Shown here piece by piece: positions 6,844-15,974 of a DNA stretch of 32,000 nucleotides (positions are counted from its first letter, which is position 1; each line of letters begins with the position of its first letter). The position numbers were made by a program, and so were the translations under genes. The notes under the pieces are model-generated. The model made no database searches and had not been told where the DNA came from. It saw nothing but the letters and a program-made list of their open reading frames with translations. Where the stretch lies: contig NZ_OMOH01000004.1 in assembly GCF_900289195.1 (NCBI RefSeq), forward strand, positions 1 to 32,000, in the 5' to 3' direction. The DNA comes from Propionibacterium ruminifibrarum. GTDB lineage: Bacteria; Actinomycetota; Actinomycetes; Propionibacteriales; Propionibacteriaceae.

Positions 6844-8156
6844 TGGACTACACGCGGGTGACGGTGCACGGATCGCAGCACCGCGGCGATCTCGTCGTGC
6901 CCAGCTCGGAACCGCTCGTCACGGTCCTGCCCCGGCTGCTCGAGATGCTGTCCGAGACCAGCCCCGGGGGCGCCGGCGTGGCACTGACCACCTCCGAGGG
7001 CATCCAGCTCGACACGGAGCGTTCCCTCGCCGAGCAGCAGGTGCGCGACGGGCAGCTGCTGCTCGTCCGCCCCGCCGACCAGACGCCCCCGCCCCCGCAG
7101 GTCTCCGACCTGGTCGGGGCCACGGCCGACCGTCGCAGCTCGTCCCGCGGACGCTGGTCGCTCGACACGGCCCGCCTGTGCGTCGTGCTGCTGGAGGCGC
7201 CGCTGGCCGGGCTGGCCACCTGGCAGGCCGGTTCGGCGCTGCCCGCCGCCGCGGTCACCGCCGCCGTCGTCCTCGTACTGCTGGCCGTCGCCGCCTGCCG
7301 CGCCTGGCGGGCCTGGCCCGCGACGGCGGTCGTCTCGGCCGCAATCGGAGTCGCCGGGACGGTCGGGGCCGGCGCCGTCGCCGGGACCGACCTGTCCGGC
7401 GCCCACCCCGTCCTGGTGCCCGCCGCGACCGGTCTGGCCTGCGCCTGGCTCGTCGTCGCGCTGGCCCCCGGTCTCGCCGGCGGGCAGCGGCCGATGCTCG
7501 CCACGGGCGTGGTCGGAGCCGTCGGCTGCGCGGCGCTGCCGATCCTGCTGGCCCTGGGCATGGGCGTCACCGGGGTGGGCGCCGTCATCGCCACGGCCGC
7601 GGTCTGCGGGCTCGGGCTGGTGCCCGCCGCGGCCCTGTCGCTGTCGGGCCTGACCGAGCTCGAGGACGCGGCGATCGCCGGCAGGCCCCCGGCCCGCGGC
7701 ACCGCGCAGGAGGCCATCGACGGTTCGTTCCGCGCGATGACCGGGCTGACCCTGGCGCTGGCCGTGCTGGCCGCCGGCGGACTGTGCCTGCTCGTCGGAT
7801 CACACCCCTCGCAGTGGGGCTGGGGGCTGGCCTGCGCGCTGGGGATCGTCATCGTCTGCCGCACACGGTTCTTCCCGTTCACCGCACAGGTCGTCGCGCT
7901 GGCCGGTGCCCTCACCGCCCTGGTGGCGGTCCTGCTCGCCTGCACGCCGCTGGCCGGCCCGCTACGTGGCCTGGTCATCGCCGCCGTCGCCGCGGCACTC
8001 GCCCTCGTCCTGGTCAAACCGGTCCCCGAGCACACCGCGGCCCGGGTGCGCACCTGGGCGAACCTCGCCGAGCTGATCGCCGTCGTCGCCACCGTGCCGC
8101 TGCTGCTCGGCCACTTCGGCGTCTTCTCCGACCTGCTGGAGGTCTTCTCACGGTGA
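6843..8156 (+). CDS. eccD: Type VII secretion integral membrane protein EccD.
   Basis: The N-terminal ubiquitin-like (YukD-like) segment MDYTRVTVHGSQHRGDLVVPSSEPLVTVLPRLLEML is followed by roughly 11 hydrophobic helices over ~340 aa. The start overlaps the upstream stop (TGATG at 6841-6845). The gene lies adjacent to eccC. Confidence 0.85.
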   Translation: MDYTRVTVHGSQHRGDLVVPSSEPLVTVLPRLLEMLSETSPGGAGVALTTSEGIQLDTERSLAEQQVRDGQLLLVRPADQTPPPPQVSDLVGATADRRSSSRGRWSLDTARLCVVLLEAPLAGLATWQAGSALPAAAVTAAVVLVLLAVAACRAWRAWPATAVVSAAIGVAGTVGAGAVAGTDLSGAHPVLVPAATGLACAWLVVALAPGLAGGQRPMLATGVVGAVGCAALPILLALGMGVTGVGAVIATAAVCGLGLVPAAALSLSGLTELEDAAIAGRPPARGTAQEAIDGSFRAMTGLTLALAVLAAGGLCLLVGSHPSQWGWGLACALGIVIVCRTRFFPFTAQVVALAGALTALVAVLLACTPLAGPLRGLVIAAVAAALALVLVKPVPEHTAARVRTWANLAELIAVVATVPLLLGHFGVFSDLLEVFSR

Positions 8157-9019
8157 AGGCCCTCTCACTGCTCAGCTCAACGCCCGGGGCACGGCTCGAC
8201 TTCCTGCTCGACGCCGACCGGGCCCTGCACGGCGCCGTCCCCCTGGCCCGCCGCGTCGCCGTCGTGAGCGTGGACGGCGGGACCGGCTGCTCGACGATCG
8301 CCGCCGCGGTCGCCACCACGATGGCCGGCCGGCACCGGGGCCCGGTGGTCCTCGTGGACGCCGGCCGCAACGGCCCCGGCGCCGGCGTACGGGCCGGGCT
8401 CAGCGACGACGCCCGCCGGCTGGCCGACGAGGAACTGGCCGCGGCACGCGCCGGCGTCGAGGGCGACGAGCCGCGCCCGCCCACCACCCTGGCCGAGGCC
8501 ATGACCGGCCTGCCCCGCACGGCCTCCGGGCTGGCGTGCCTCGACTTGACGCGAGAAACGTTCCCGGGCTGTCTCGACCTGCGCGACTGGGCTGACAGGC
8601 TGGCACCCATCTCCCGGTTCCCGGACTTCGTCGTCACGGACTTCGGGGTGCGCGACCGTGACGAACTGAGCACGATCGCCGCGTCCAACCACGCCACCTG
8701 CCTCGTCGCCGGGGCCTCACGCGAACGCCTCACCCGGGCCATCGCCCAGGCCACCTGGCTCGAGGACGAGGGGCACGCGCCCCTGGTGTGCATCAACGAC
8801 ACCCGCGGCGGCGTCAGCAGACGACAGCTGCGCCTGCTCAGCCGCGCCCTGCCGCGCCCTGCCGTCCTCATGCCGCACGACCCGACGCGGCTCGGCGCGG
8901 ACCCGGCGCGCAGCACGGCCCTGAGCCAGCGCAGCCGCAACGCCGTCCTCGAACTGACCGCCTCCCTCATGACCGCCTGCCAGCAGACACCCGATGCCGG
9001 AGGGGGCATCGTCCCATGA
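8153..9019 (+). CDS. 288-aa ParA/MinD/CpaE-like (SIMIBI-fold) protein with a degenerate Walker A lacking the P-loop lysine.
   Basis: The GTG start overlaps the eccD stop (GTGA at 8153-8156). VAVVSVDGGTGCSTIAAAVA aligns with the deviant Walker A xKGGxGKT/ST but carries Cys in place of Lys. VVLVDAGRNGPG and DFVVTDFG resemble the switch and Walker B strands of MinD/ParA. The family assignment rests on motifs only. Confidence 0.55.
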   Translation: MKALSLLSSTPGARLDFLLDADRALHGAVPLARRVAVVSVDGGTGCSTIAAAVATTMAGRHRGPVVLVDAGRNGPGAGVRAGLSDDARRLADEELAAARAGVEGDEPRPPTTLAEAMTGLPRTASGLACLDLTRETFPGCLDLRDWADRLAPISRFPDFVVTDFGVRDRDELSTIAASNHATCLVAGASRERLTRAIAQATWLEDEGHAPLVCINDTRGGVSRRQLRLLSRALPRPAVLMPHDPTRLGADPARSTALSQRSRNAVLELTASLMTACQQTPDAGGGIVP

Positions 9020-12000
9020 GCCTGCGCATCATCCACCGCCCAGCCCGCGTCACCGAGCCGCTCACCCGGCCCGAGCCCCGCACGATCTCGTCCCCGCCGA
9101 GCGCCGGCGACGGGCCCAGCGGCGGCATGTCCACCCAGCTGCTGCTGCCCATGGTGGGGGCCCTCAGCTCGACACTCATGATGGTCGTCATGCGCAACGG
9201 CCAGCCGGTGTACATGCTCATCGCCGCCGTCGTCCTGCTCGTCGCCATCGTCAGCGGGGTGCTCATGACCTTCAGCAGCCGCGGGCAGGCCATCCGCCAG
9301 CGCGCCCACCAGCGCGAGCTCTACCTCGACTACCTGGAGGGCATGCACGCCGAACTGGACGAGCAGGTTCAGCAGGTGCGCGAGCAGGCGGTCGCCAGCT
9401 GCCCGACACCGGACGGCCTCATGTCGATCATCGTCGACCCGGCGCGGCTGTGGGAGCGGCGCATGGGCGACGCGGACTTCCTGTCCCTGCGGGTGGGCAC
9501 GGCCGACCTGCCGTGGATCAGGCTGACCATGAACGACGCCGAGTCGCCCATGAACCCGCCCGACCCGGTGCTGGCCGGCGAGGCCAGGCGGCTCATCGAC
9601 GGCCACCAGGTCATCGCGGGCATGCCCGTCCGCCTGCCCGCCGACGCCGCGGGCGACATCTCGGTCATCGGCGACCGCGCCGAGGTGCTCAACGCGGCAC
9701 GCACGCTGCTGTCCCAGGCCGCCGCCCTGCACTCGCCCGACGACCTGAAGATCGCGCTGGCCTGCCCGCCGTCGCGTATGGACGACTGGGCGGGCCTCGA
9801 CCAGCTGCCGCACATGGTCAACGCGCGCCTTCTCGACGGGCCCGTGCCGGCCCGCCGCGTCGCCCCGGACGTCGGCTCCCTGGCCCGCGTGCTGGGCGCC
9901 GAGTTGACCGACCGCGTCGAGCAGGCCGGCCTGAGCCGCCGCTCGATGACCGCCTCCCCGGTGCACACGCCCCGCATGCTCGTCGTCATGGACGAGTGGG
10001 GCTCCAACGCCAGCCCCCTGCCGCTGCCCGACAGCGCCTTCGGGCCGGCGGACGTGGGCATCACCGTCATCCACCTGCTGCAGGACCGGCTGCACGAGCC
10101 GAGCGACGTCTCGGCCCGTCTCGCCGTCGGCGAGGGCGGGGCGCGGCTTGAACTCCTCGGGCGCGAGCCGGCGACGATCGGCCCCATCGCCGTCGACCGC
10201 ACCAGCCAGGCCCGCATGACATCCCTGGTCCGTACCCTGTGCCCGCTGCGGCTGCGCCCCGAGGACCGCGTCGAGGAGCAGGAGACGCCGGTCATGAACG
10301 TCCGCCAGCTGCTCGGCATCGATTCGCCCGACGACATCAGCAAGGATGCCGCGTGGGCGCCGCGCTCGGCCGCGGACTTCCTGCGCGTGCCGATCGGCCT
10401 GGACGACCAGGGCTCCCCCGTGCTGCTCGACCTGAAGGAGAGCGCCCAGTTCGGCATGGGCCCGCACGGCATCTGCATCGGCGCCACCGGCTCGGGCAAG
10501 TCCGAGATGCTGCGCACCCTCGTCCTGGCCCTGGCCATGACGCACTCCCCCGAGGACCTGTCGATGATCCTCGTCGACTACAAGGGGGGCGCCGCCTTCT
10601 CGCCCTTCACCGACCTGCCGCACCTGGCCGGCCTCATCGACAACCTGGCCGACGACCCGCACCTGACCGAGCGCGCCCGCGCCAGCATCCAGGGGGAGGT
10701 CGTGCGCCGCCAGCAGATGCTCAAGGACGCCGGGCACCTGCCCTCCATCACGCACTACCGCGAGGCCCGCCGGCAGGGCGCCGACCTGCCGCCGATGCCG
10801 CACCTGTTCGTCGTCATCGACGAGTTCGGCGAACTGCTCACCGCTGAACCCGAGTTCAGCGAACTCTTCCTGCAGATCGGCCGCATCGGCAGGTCGATCG
10901 GCGTGCACCTGCTGCTGTCGAGCCAGCGCATCGAGTCCGGCAAGCTGCGCGGCCTGGACACCTACCTGTCGTACCGGCTGGGTCTGCGCACCTTCTCCGA
11001 GAGCGAGTCGCAGGTGGTCCTCGACACGAAGGACGCCTTCCACCTGCCGGCCGTGCCGGGGTACGGCTATCTGAAGGTCGACACCTCGGTGTACCGGCGC
11101 TTCCGGGCCGGCTACGTCTCGGGGCCGGTCGAGGAGGACGAGGTCGACACCGACGTGCAGGCCGAGTTCGCCGAGCCCTTCGCGCTGCCGCTCTACAACA
11201 CCATCGCCGCCGGCCGGACCAGCGGCGACGTCGAGGCGGCGCCCCAGCTCACCGAGCCCGAGGTCGGCCAGAGCCTGGTGGACGCCTGCGTCGCGCGCCT
11301 GCGGGACGACGCCCGCGCGGTGCGCCCGGTCTGGCTTCCGCCGCTGCCCGAACGCCTGACCCTCAACGACGTCCTCTCCCAGGACGAGCCCGACCCCGGA
11401 CTGTCCGCGGTGATCGGCCTCGTCGACGACCCCGCGCACCAGTCCCAGCAGCCGTGGCGGCTCAGCCTCACCACCAGCGGCGGCCATGTCGCGGTGATCG
11501 GCGCCCCCGGCTCGGGCCGCTCCACCTTCCTGCGCACCCTCACCGCCTCGCTGGCGCTGACGCACACCCCGCGGGAGGTCAGCGTCTACGGCATGGACCT
11601 GACCGGCGGCGGTCTGGCCCGCCTCGAGGGCTTCCCCCACGTCGGCGGCGTGGCCACCCGCGGCAGCCGCGACCGGCTGCGACGCCTCGTCGAGGAGCTC
11701 ACGGGCATGCTCACCCGGCGTGAGAGGCTCTTCCAGGAACGCGCCATCGAATCGATGGCGCACCTGCGCCACCTGCACGCCCAGGGCTCCCTGCCCGAGC
11801 TGCCGAGCGCCGACATCGTCGTCCTCGTCGACGGCTTCGGCCTGCTGCGCAACGAGTTCGAGGAGCTCTCCGACCAGGTCAACGACCTCATCGTGCGCGG
11901 CAGCAGCTACGGCCTCCACTTCGTCATCGCCCTCGGGCGCTGGAACGAGCTGCGCATCAACCAGCAGTCCCGGTTCGGCACCCGCCTGGAGTTCCGCCTC

Positions 12001-12972
12001 AACGACCCGACCGACTCGGTCATCGACCGCAAACTCTCGCAGACGATCGGCGCCGACCAGCGCGGCCGCATGCTCACCGACGACAAGCTGTTCGCCCAGC
12101 TGAGCCTGCCGGTGCTCGACGACGCGGCCGACGAGGACCTCGGCGACGCCCTGTCCGAACTGGCCAAGCGCGTCGCGGGCACCTGGGGAGGGCCGGCGGC
12201 GGCGCCCATCCGCCTGCTGCCGGTCGCGCTCGACCCCGCCCAGCTCACGCCCCCCGAGCAGGAACCCGACGCGGTGCCCTTCGGCGTGCGCCAGGACTCC
12301 ATGGAGGACGCCTTCTGGGAACTGCTCGACACCGACCAGCACCTGCTCGTCCTCGGGGACGCCCGCTGCGGCAAGTCCACCCTGCTGCGCACGTTGGCGC
12401 GGGGCCTCGTGACGAGGTTCAGCAGCGACGAGCTGGTCATCGCGGTCATGGACTCGCGCGGCACCGTCCCGGCCGCGATCCCCGAGGAGTACCTGGCCGG
12501 CCATGCCAAGAGCACCCGGGACGCCGCGGGGCTGGCCGCCTCGATCGCCAAGGAGCTGGAATCACGGACGGCGATGACCCCGGCCGAGCGCGCCAGGTCG
12601 CCGCGAGTGGTACTCATGGTCGACGACTACGACATCCTCAACGCCGGCGGCACCGAACCGCTGCACCCCATCGTCGCCTACCTGCCCTCGGCCAGGGATC
12701 TGGGCTTCAACGTCGTCCTCACCCGGACGGTGGCCGGGATCACCAGGGCCCTGTACACCGAGGCGATCCAGGGGCTGCGCGACACCGGCGGCACGACCTT
12801 CCTCATGTCCGGCGACCGCTCCGAGGGGCAGATCATGCCGCGCGTCTACGCGCAGACCATGCCGCCCGGCAGGGGCCAGCTGCTGCGCCGCGGGCAGCGC
12901 CCGGTCATCGTGCAGGCCGCGTGCGAGCCCGGTTCGGCCTCGGGCGACCGGCGGCACGAGGAGGTCGCATGA
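9016..12972 (+). CDS. eccC: Type VII secretion FtsK/SpoIIIE-family ATPase EccC (1318 aa; two N-terminal TM helices and three ATPase domains).
   Basis: The ATG overlaps the upstream stop (ATGA at 9016-9019). TM helices are LLLPMVGALSSTLMMVVM and VYMLIAAVVLLVAIVSGVLM. The three P-loops are GATGSGKSEMLRTL (with Walker B FVVIDEFGELL), GAPGSGRSTFLRTL and GDARCGKSTLLRTL. Length and architecture are typical of EccC. Confidence 0.95.
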   Translation: MSLRIIHRPARVTEPLTRPEPRTISSPPSAGDGPSGGMSTQLLLPMVGALSSTLMMVVMRNGQPVYMLIAAVVLLVAIVSGVLMTFSSRGQAIRQRAHQRELYLDYLEGMHAELDEQVQQVREQAVASCPTPDGLMSIIVDPARLWERRMGDADFLSLRVGTADLPWIRLTMNDAESPMNPPDPVLAGEARRLIDGHQVIAGMPVRLPADAAGDISVIGDRAEVLNAARTLLSQAAALHSPDDLKIALACPPSRMDDWAGLDQLPHMVNARLLDGPVPARRVAPDVGSLARVLGAELTDRVEQAGLSRRSMTASPVHTPRMLVVMDEWGSNASPLPLPDSAFGPADVGITVIHLLQDRLHEPSDVSARLAVGEGGARLELLGREPATIGPIAVDRTSQARMTSLVRTLCPLRLRPEDRVEEQETPVMNVRQLLGIDSPDDISKDAAWAPRSAADFLRVPIGLDDQGSPVLLDLKESAQFGMGPHGICIGATGSGKSEMLRTLVLALAMTHSPEDLSMILVDYKGGAAFSPFTDLPHLAGLIDNLADDPHLTERARASIQGEVVRRQQMLKDAGHLPSITHYREARRQGADLPPMPHLFVVIDEFGELLTAEPEFSELFLQIGRIGRSIGVHLLLSSQRIESGKLRGLDTYLSYRLGLRTFSESESQVVLDTKDAFHLPAVPGYGYLKVDTSVYRRFRAGYVSGPVEEDEVDTDVQAEFAEPFALPLYNTIAAGRTSGDVEAAPQLTEPEVGQSLVDACVARLRDDARAVRPVWLPPLPERLTLNDVLSQDEPDPGLSAVIGLVDDPAHQSQQPWRLSLTTSGGHVAVIGAPGSGRSTFLRTLTASLALTHTPREVSVYGMDLTGGGLARLEGFPHVGGVATRGSRDRLRRLVEELTGMLTRRERLFQERAIESMAHLRHLHAQGSLPELPSADIVVLVDGFGLLRNEFEELSDQVNDLIVRGSSYGLHFVIALGRWNELRINQQSRFGTRLEFRLNDPTDSVIDRKLSQTIGADQRGRMLTDDKLFAQLSLPVLDDAADEDLGDALSELAKRVAGTWGGPAAAPIRLLPVALDPAQLTPPEQEPDAVPFGVRQDSMEDAFWELLDTDQHLLVLGDARCGKSTLLRTLARGLVTRFSSDELVIAVMDSRGTVPAAIPEEYLAGHAKSTRDAAGLAASIAKELESRTAMTPAERARSPRVVLMVDDYDILNAGGTEPLHPIVAYLPSARDLGFNVVLTRTVAGITRALYTEAIQGLRDTGGTTFLMSGDRSEGQIMPRVYAQTMPPGRGQLLRRGQRPVIVQAACEPGSASGDRRHEEVA

Positions 12973-14054
12973 GCACCCAGTCACTCCTCGTGGCGGGCAC
13001 GGCCGGGGGTGCCGGGACGACCACCGTCGCCGCGCTCATCATCGCCCTGCTGCGCTCCCGCGGGATCCCCACGGCGGCCTGCGACCACTCGGGCGGCACG
13101 CTCGGCCAGCGCATCGCCCCGGACGAGCCGGCCGCGCAGGGCCCCGCCGGCAGCGAGATGCAGGTCACCGACGCGGGCCGCATGGAGGCCGCCATCGCCG
13201 ACGCCCTCGAAGTGCCCGAGTTCGCGCTGTGCCTGGTCAGCGGCCCCGGCATCGCCGCGGCACAGGCCACCCGGGCCGCCGTGGACGGCCTGCTCGAACG
13301 GTTCGGCCAGCAGATCCGCCGCCGCGTCCTCGTCGTGGTGTGCGCCTCCGCCGCCATGCGCCGGCGCGATGAGCAGCTGGCCCGCGAGATCCTGCGGCCC
13401 GACATCGAACTGCCCCGCTCCCCCGTCCTCGGATCCACCGGCCCCATCAGGCTCGACCTGGCCGACAAGGCGCTGGCGTCGGCGCTCGACAGGCTGGGCG
13501 GCCTGCTGGCCGGTTTCGTCCGGGTGCCGACCGCCCCGCAGGACGAGGACTGGCCCACCAGGATCACCAGGATGCCGGAGCCGGCCGGGGCCGAACCCGC
13601 CACGCCCCAATCCCCCGTGGCGGCTGCTGACAGCCCACCCACTCCGGCCGGGATCAGCGCCCCTGAACCCGCCGAGGCCACCGCCACCGGGCCAGGGGAC
13701 CGGGTCGTTGCGCCCCGTACCCTGGCCGCCATGGCAGCCGTTCCCGACGGCCCGCCCGAACCCGCTCCACGGAGCGCCGTCTCCCCGGCCCAGGTCCCCA
13801 TGGCCGTCGTCCCCGACGGCCCGCCCGAACCGACAGCGACCGGCCCGCTCCCCGCTCGTGGCGCCCCGCCTGACCCGACGCCCCTCACCGCCGCACCCAC
13901 GCGGGGCATCGCCCCAGAACCCGACGAGCCCCTCGAGCCCGAGGACGCCGCGCCGGCCCGGGCGGCCCGGCGGGCGCCCGAGGACCCCGGGGAGCAGGAC
14001 GAGCCCGTGCCCACCGGCCAAGAACGGGCTCGCCGCGGCGACGTGCTCGGTTAG
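12969..14054 (+). CDS. 361-aa protein with an N-terminal ParA/MinD-like domain (lysine-less P-loop) and a long Pro/Ala-rich C-terminal tail.
   Basis: The ATG overlaps the eccC stop (ATGA at 12969-12972). [24 protein letters not shown] matches GGxGxTT with Thr in place of Lys. The C-terminal ~170 aa are Pro/Ala/Glu-rich and contain a repeated VPDGPPEP unit; the DNA repeat cccgacggcccgcccgaacc occurs at about 13742 and 13811. Confidence 0.5.
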   Translation: MSTQSLLVAGTAGGAGTTTVAALIIALLRSRGIPTAACDHSGGTLGQRIAPDEPAAQGPAGSEMQVTDAGRMEAAIADALEVPEFALCLVSGPGIAAAQATRAAVDGLLERFGQQIRRRVLVVVCASAAMRRRDEQLAREILRPDIELPRSPVLGSTGPIRLDLADKALASALDRLGGLLAGFVRVPTAPQDEDWPTRITRMPEPAGAEPATPQSPVAAADSPPTPAGISAPEPAEATATGPGDRVVAPRTLAAMAAVPDGPPEPAPRSAVSPAQVPMAVVPDGPPEPTATGPLPARGAPPDPTPLTAAPTRGIAPEPDEPLEPEDAAPARAARRAPEDPGEQDEPVPTGQERARRGDVLG

Positions 14055-14142
14055 ATTTGGTTTCCGGAAACATCGTTCGGTGCCGCGCCCGACGGAGCCC
14101 CGGGTGGCCCCGACGCGCACCGCTCAGACCGGAGGAGTCCCA

Positions 14143-15591
14143 GTGACCGGAATCGACGTCACGCAGCAGGCGAGCATCGCCTACCAGGCCATGCTCAAGG
14201 TCATCGAGACCTCTGAGCCCACCGTCGCCGAGGCCATCCGCCAGGAGCTGACCGACCAGCGCACCTCGCTGAAGCTCATCGCGTCGGAGAACTACGCCTC
14301 GCTGCCGACACTGCTCGCCATGGGCACCTGGTTCTCCGACAAGTACGCTGAGGGCACCGTCGGCCACCGCTTCTACGCGGGCTGCCAGAACCTCGACACC
14401 GTCGAGGCGGCCGCGGCCCGGCACGCCGAGGAGCTCTTCGGCGCCGACCACGCCTACGTCCAGCCCCACTCGGGCATCGACGCCAACCTCGTGGGCTACT
14501 GGACCATCCTGTCGCACCGCGTCGAGACGCCCGGGCTCGCCGAGCTGGGGGCCAAGAGCGTCAACGACCTGTCGGAGCAGGACTGGGAGGAACTGCGCCA
14601 CCGGCTCGGCGAGCAGCGTCTCATGGGCATGAGCCTCGACGCCGGCGGCCACCTCACCCACGGCTTCCGCCCCAACATCTCGGGCAAACTGTTCCACCAG
14701 CGCAGCTATGGCACCGACCCGGCCACCGGCCTGGTCGACTACGACGCGGTCCGCGCCCAGGCCCGCGAGTTCAAACCGCTCGTCCTGGTGGCCGGGTACT
14801 CGGCCTACCCGCGCCGCGTGAACTTCGCCACGATGCGGGAGATCGCCGACGAGGTCGGCGCGACCCTCATGGTCGACATGGCACACTTCGCCGGCCTGGT
14901 CGCCGGGAAGGTGTTCACCGGCGACGAGGACCCGGTGGCCAACGCCCCGGTCGTCACCACCACGACCCACAAGTCCCTGCGCGGCCCGCGCGGCGGCATG
15001 GTGCTCGTCGACGACGAGTTCGCCGCCGACGTCGACCGCGGCTGCCCGATGGTGCTCGGCGGGCCGCTCGGCAACATGATGAGCGCGAAGGCCGTCGCCC
15101 TGGCCGAGGCGAAAACGCCCGCCTTCGCCCAGTACGCCCAGGACATCGTCGCCAACGCCAAGGCGCTGGCCGAGGGGCTGCTGCGGCGGGGCGCCACGCT
15201 CGTCACCGGCGGCACCGACAACCACATCGTGCTCGTCGACGCCGCCACGAGCTTCGGCCTCACCGGCCGGCAGGCCGAGTCCGCGCTGCTCGAGGCCGGC
15301 ATCGTCACCAACCGCAATGCGATCCCCCGCGACCCGAACGGCGCCTGGTACACCTCGGGCATCCGGCTGGGCACACCGGCCCTGACCAGCCGCGGGTTCT
15401 CGCCCGAGGACATGGACCGGGTCGCCGGGCTCATCTGCGAGGCCCTCGAGGGCACGCGGCCGGCGGCCAACAGCAAGGGGCTGCCCGGCAAGGCCAAGTA
15501 CGCCATGGCCGACGGCCTGGCCGCCCGCGTCCACGCCGAGGCCGACGAGTTGCTCGGCAACAACCCGCTGTACCCGGGCCTGGAGCTGTGA
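14143..15591 (+). CDS. glyA: Serine hydroxymethyltransferase.
   Basis: Motifs [45 protein letters not shown] (PLP-lysine region) and [13 protein letters not shown]-like [25 protein letters not shown] Shine-Dalgarno lies 5 nt upstream of the GTG at 14143. The rest of the 860-aa track ORF is out-of-context upstream read-through. Confidence 0.93.
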   Translation: MTGIDVTQQASIAYQAMLKVIETSEPTVAEAIRQELTDQRTSLKLIASENYASLPTLLAMGTWFSDKYAEGTVGHRFYAGCQNLDTVEAAAARHAEELFGADHAYVQPHSGIDANLVGYWTILSHRVETPGLAELGAKSVNDLSEQDWEELRHRLGEQRLMGMSLDAGGHLTHGFRPNISGKLFHQRSYGTDPATGLVDYDAVRAQAREFKPLVLVAGYSAYPRRVNFATMREIADEVGATLMVDMAHFAGLVAGKVFTGDEDPVANAPVVTTTTHKSLRGPRGGMVLVDDEFAADVDRGCPMVLGGPLGNMMSAKAVALAEAKTPAFAQYAQDIVANAKALAEGLLRRGATLVTGGTDNHIVLVDAATSFGLTGRQAESALLEAGIVTNRNAIPRDPNGAWYTSGIRLGTPALTSRGFSPEDMDRVAGLICEALEGTRPAANSKGLPGKAKYAMADGLAARVHAEADELLGNNPLYPGLEL

Positions 15592-15617
15592 CAGGCCTGC
15601 CGCGCCAGTGATCCATG

Positions 15618-15651
15618 AATGCGGGGCCGCGCTCGACGCGGCCCCCGCATT
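15618..15651 (+). terminator. GC-rich hairpin downstream of glyA. Probable intrinsic terminator without a U-tract.
   Basis: AATGCGGGGCCGCG-ctcga-CGCGGCCCCCGCATT forms a 14-bp stem with one bulged C, 27 nt after the glyA stop. There is no T-run, as is common for actinobacterial terminators. Confidence 0.55.
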
Positions 15652-15974
15652 CTCGTGCGAGCCGTCACAGCGCCTGCTGAGCGACCACTGCAGGCGGCCC
15701 GGGCCGGGGAGACGATGCCGGGCCCTCAATGACCGTGCAAGGTCCCTTCCTCGACCCGGGGACCAGGCGGTACGGGCTCCCCCGCACGCCGAATCAGCAT
15801 CGAACCCACCGGTGCACCAACGGGGACCCCGTGCCGGCATGTGCACATGTATCCCCGATCAAGTGAGAGTGTGCACGGCGCGGACATGCGCCCCGCAGGA
15901 AGGACCGGAGGCATAAAGTCATGACTGAGCGGCGCGACGCACCGCCCCTCATGCACTCTCAAATCGGAGCCCCC

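Noticed and set aside
8788-9015. N-terminal extensions of track ORFs: eccC from 8788, eccD from 6744, 7178..9019 as a 613-aa protein, 13009..15591 as an 860-aa GlyA, 5390 for the FHA gene, and 12921 for the second ParA-like gene.
   Set aside because: The upstream portions are Arg/Pro-rich read-through overlapping the preceding real gene in another frame. Internal starts with ATGA/GTGA stop-start overlaps or good Shine-Dalgarno sequences give proteins of canonical length.
8014-12504. A 1496-aa ORF antisense to eccC.
   Set aside because: Its composition is extremely Arg/Gly/Ala/Asp-rich and low-complexity, typical of the open antisense frame of a high-GC gene. The sense strand encodes an unmistakable EccC with three P-loops. 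The same reasoning applies to these antisense ORFs: 13885..15846 (glyA), 16023..17609 (dcu), 18533..20443 (DUF2207-like), 20188..21873 (peptidase), 29578..30969 (TIM/aldolase), 30926..31906, 23667..24803 (kinase) and 3124..4197 (358-aa gene).
14055-14142. A possible riboswitch (e.g. ZTP/pfl or other folate/glycine-related leader) upstream of glyA, including the TTTCCGGAAA palindrome.
   Set aside because: I could not find the conserved ZTP core (the GGGUCGUGAC or CCGCCUGGGC type) or another recognisable riboswitch consensus. The 88-nt leader is short. This is unverifiable without a covariance-model search.
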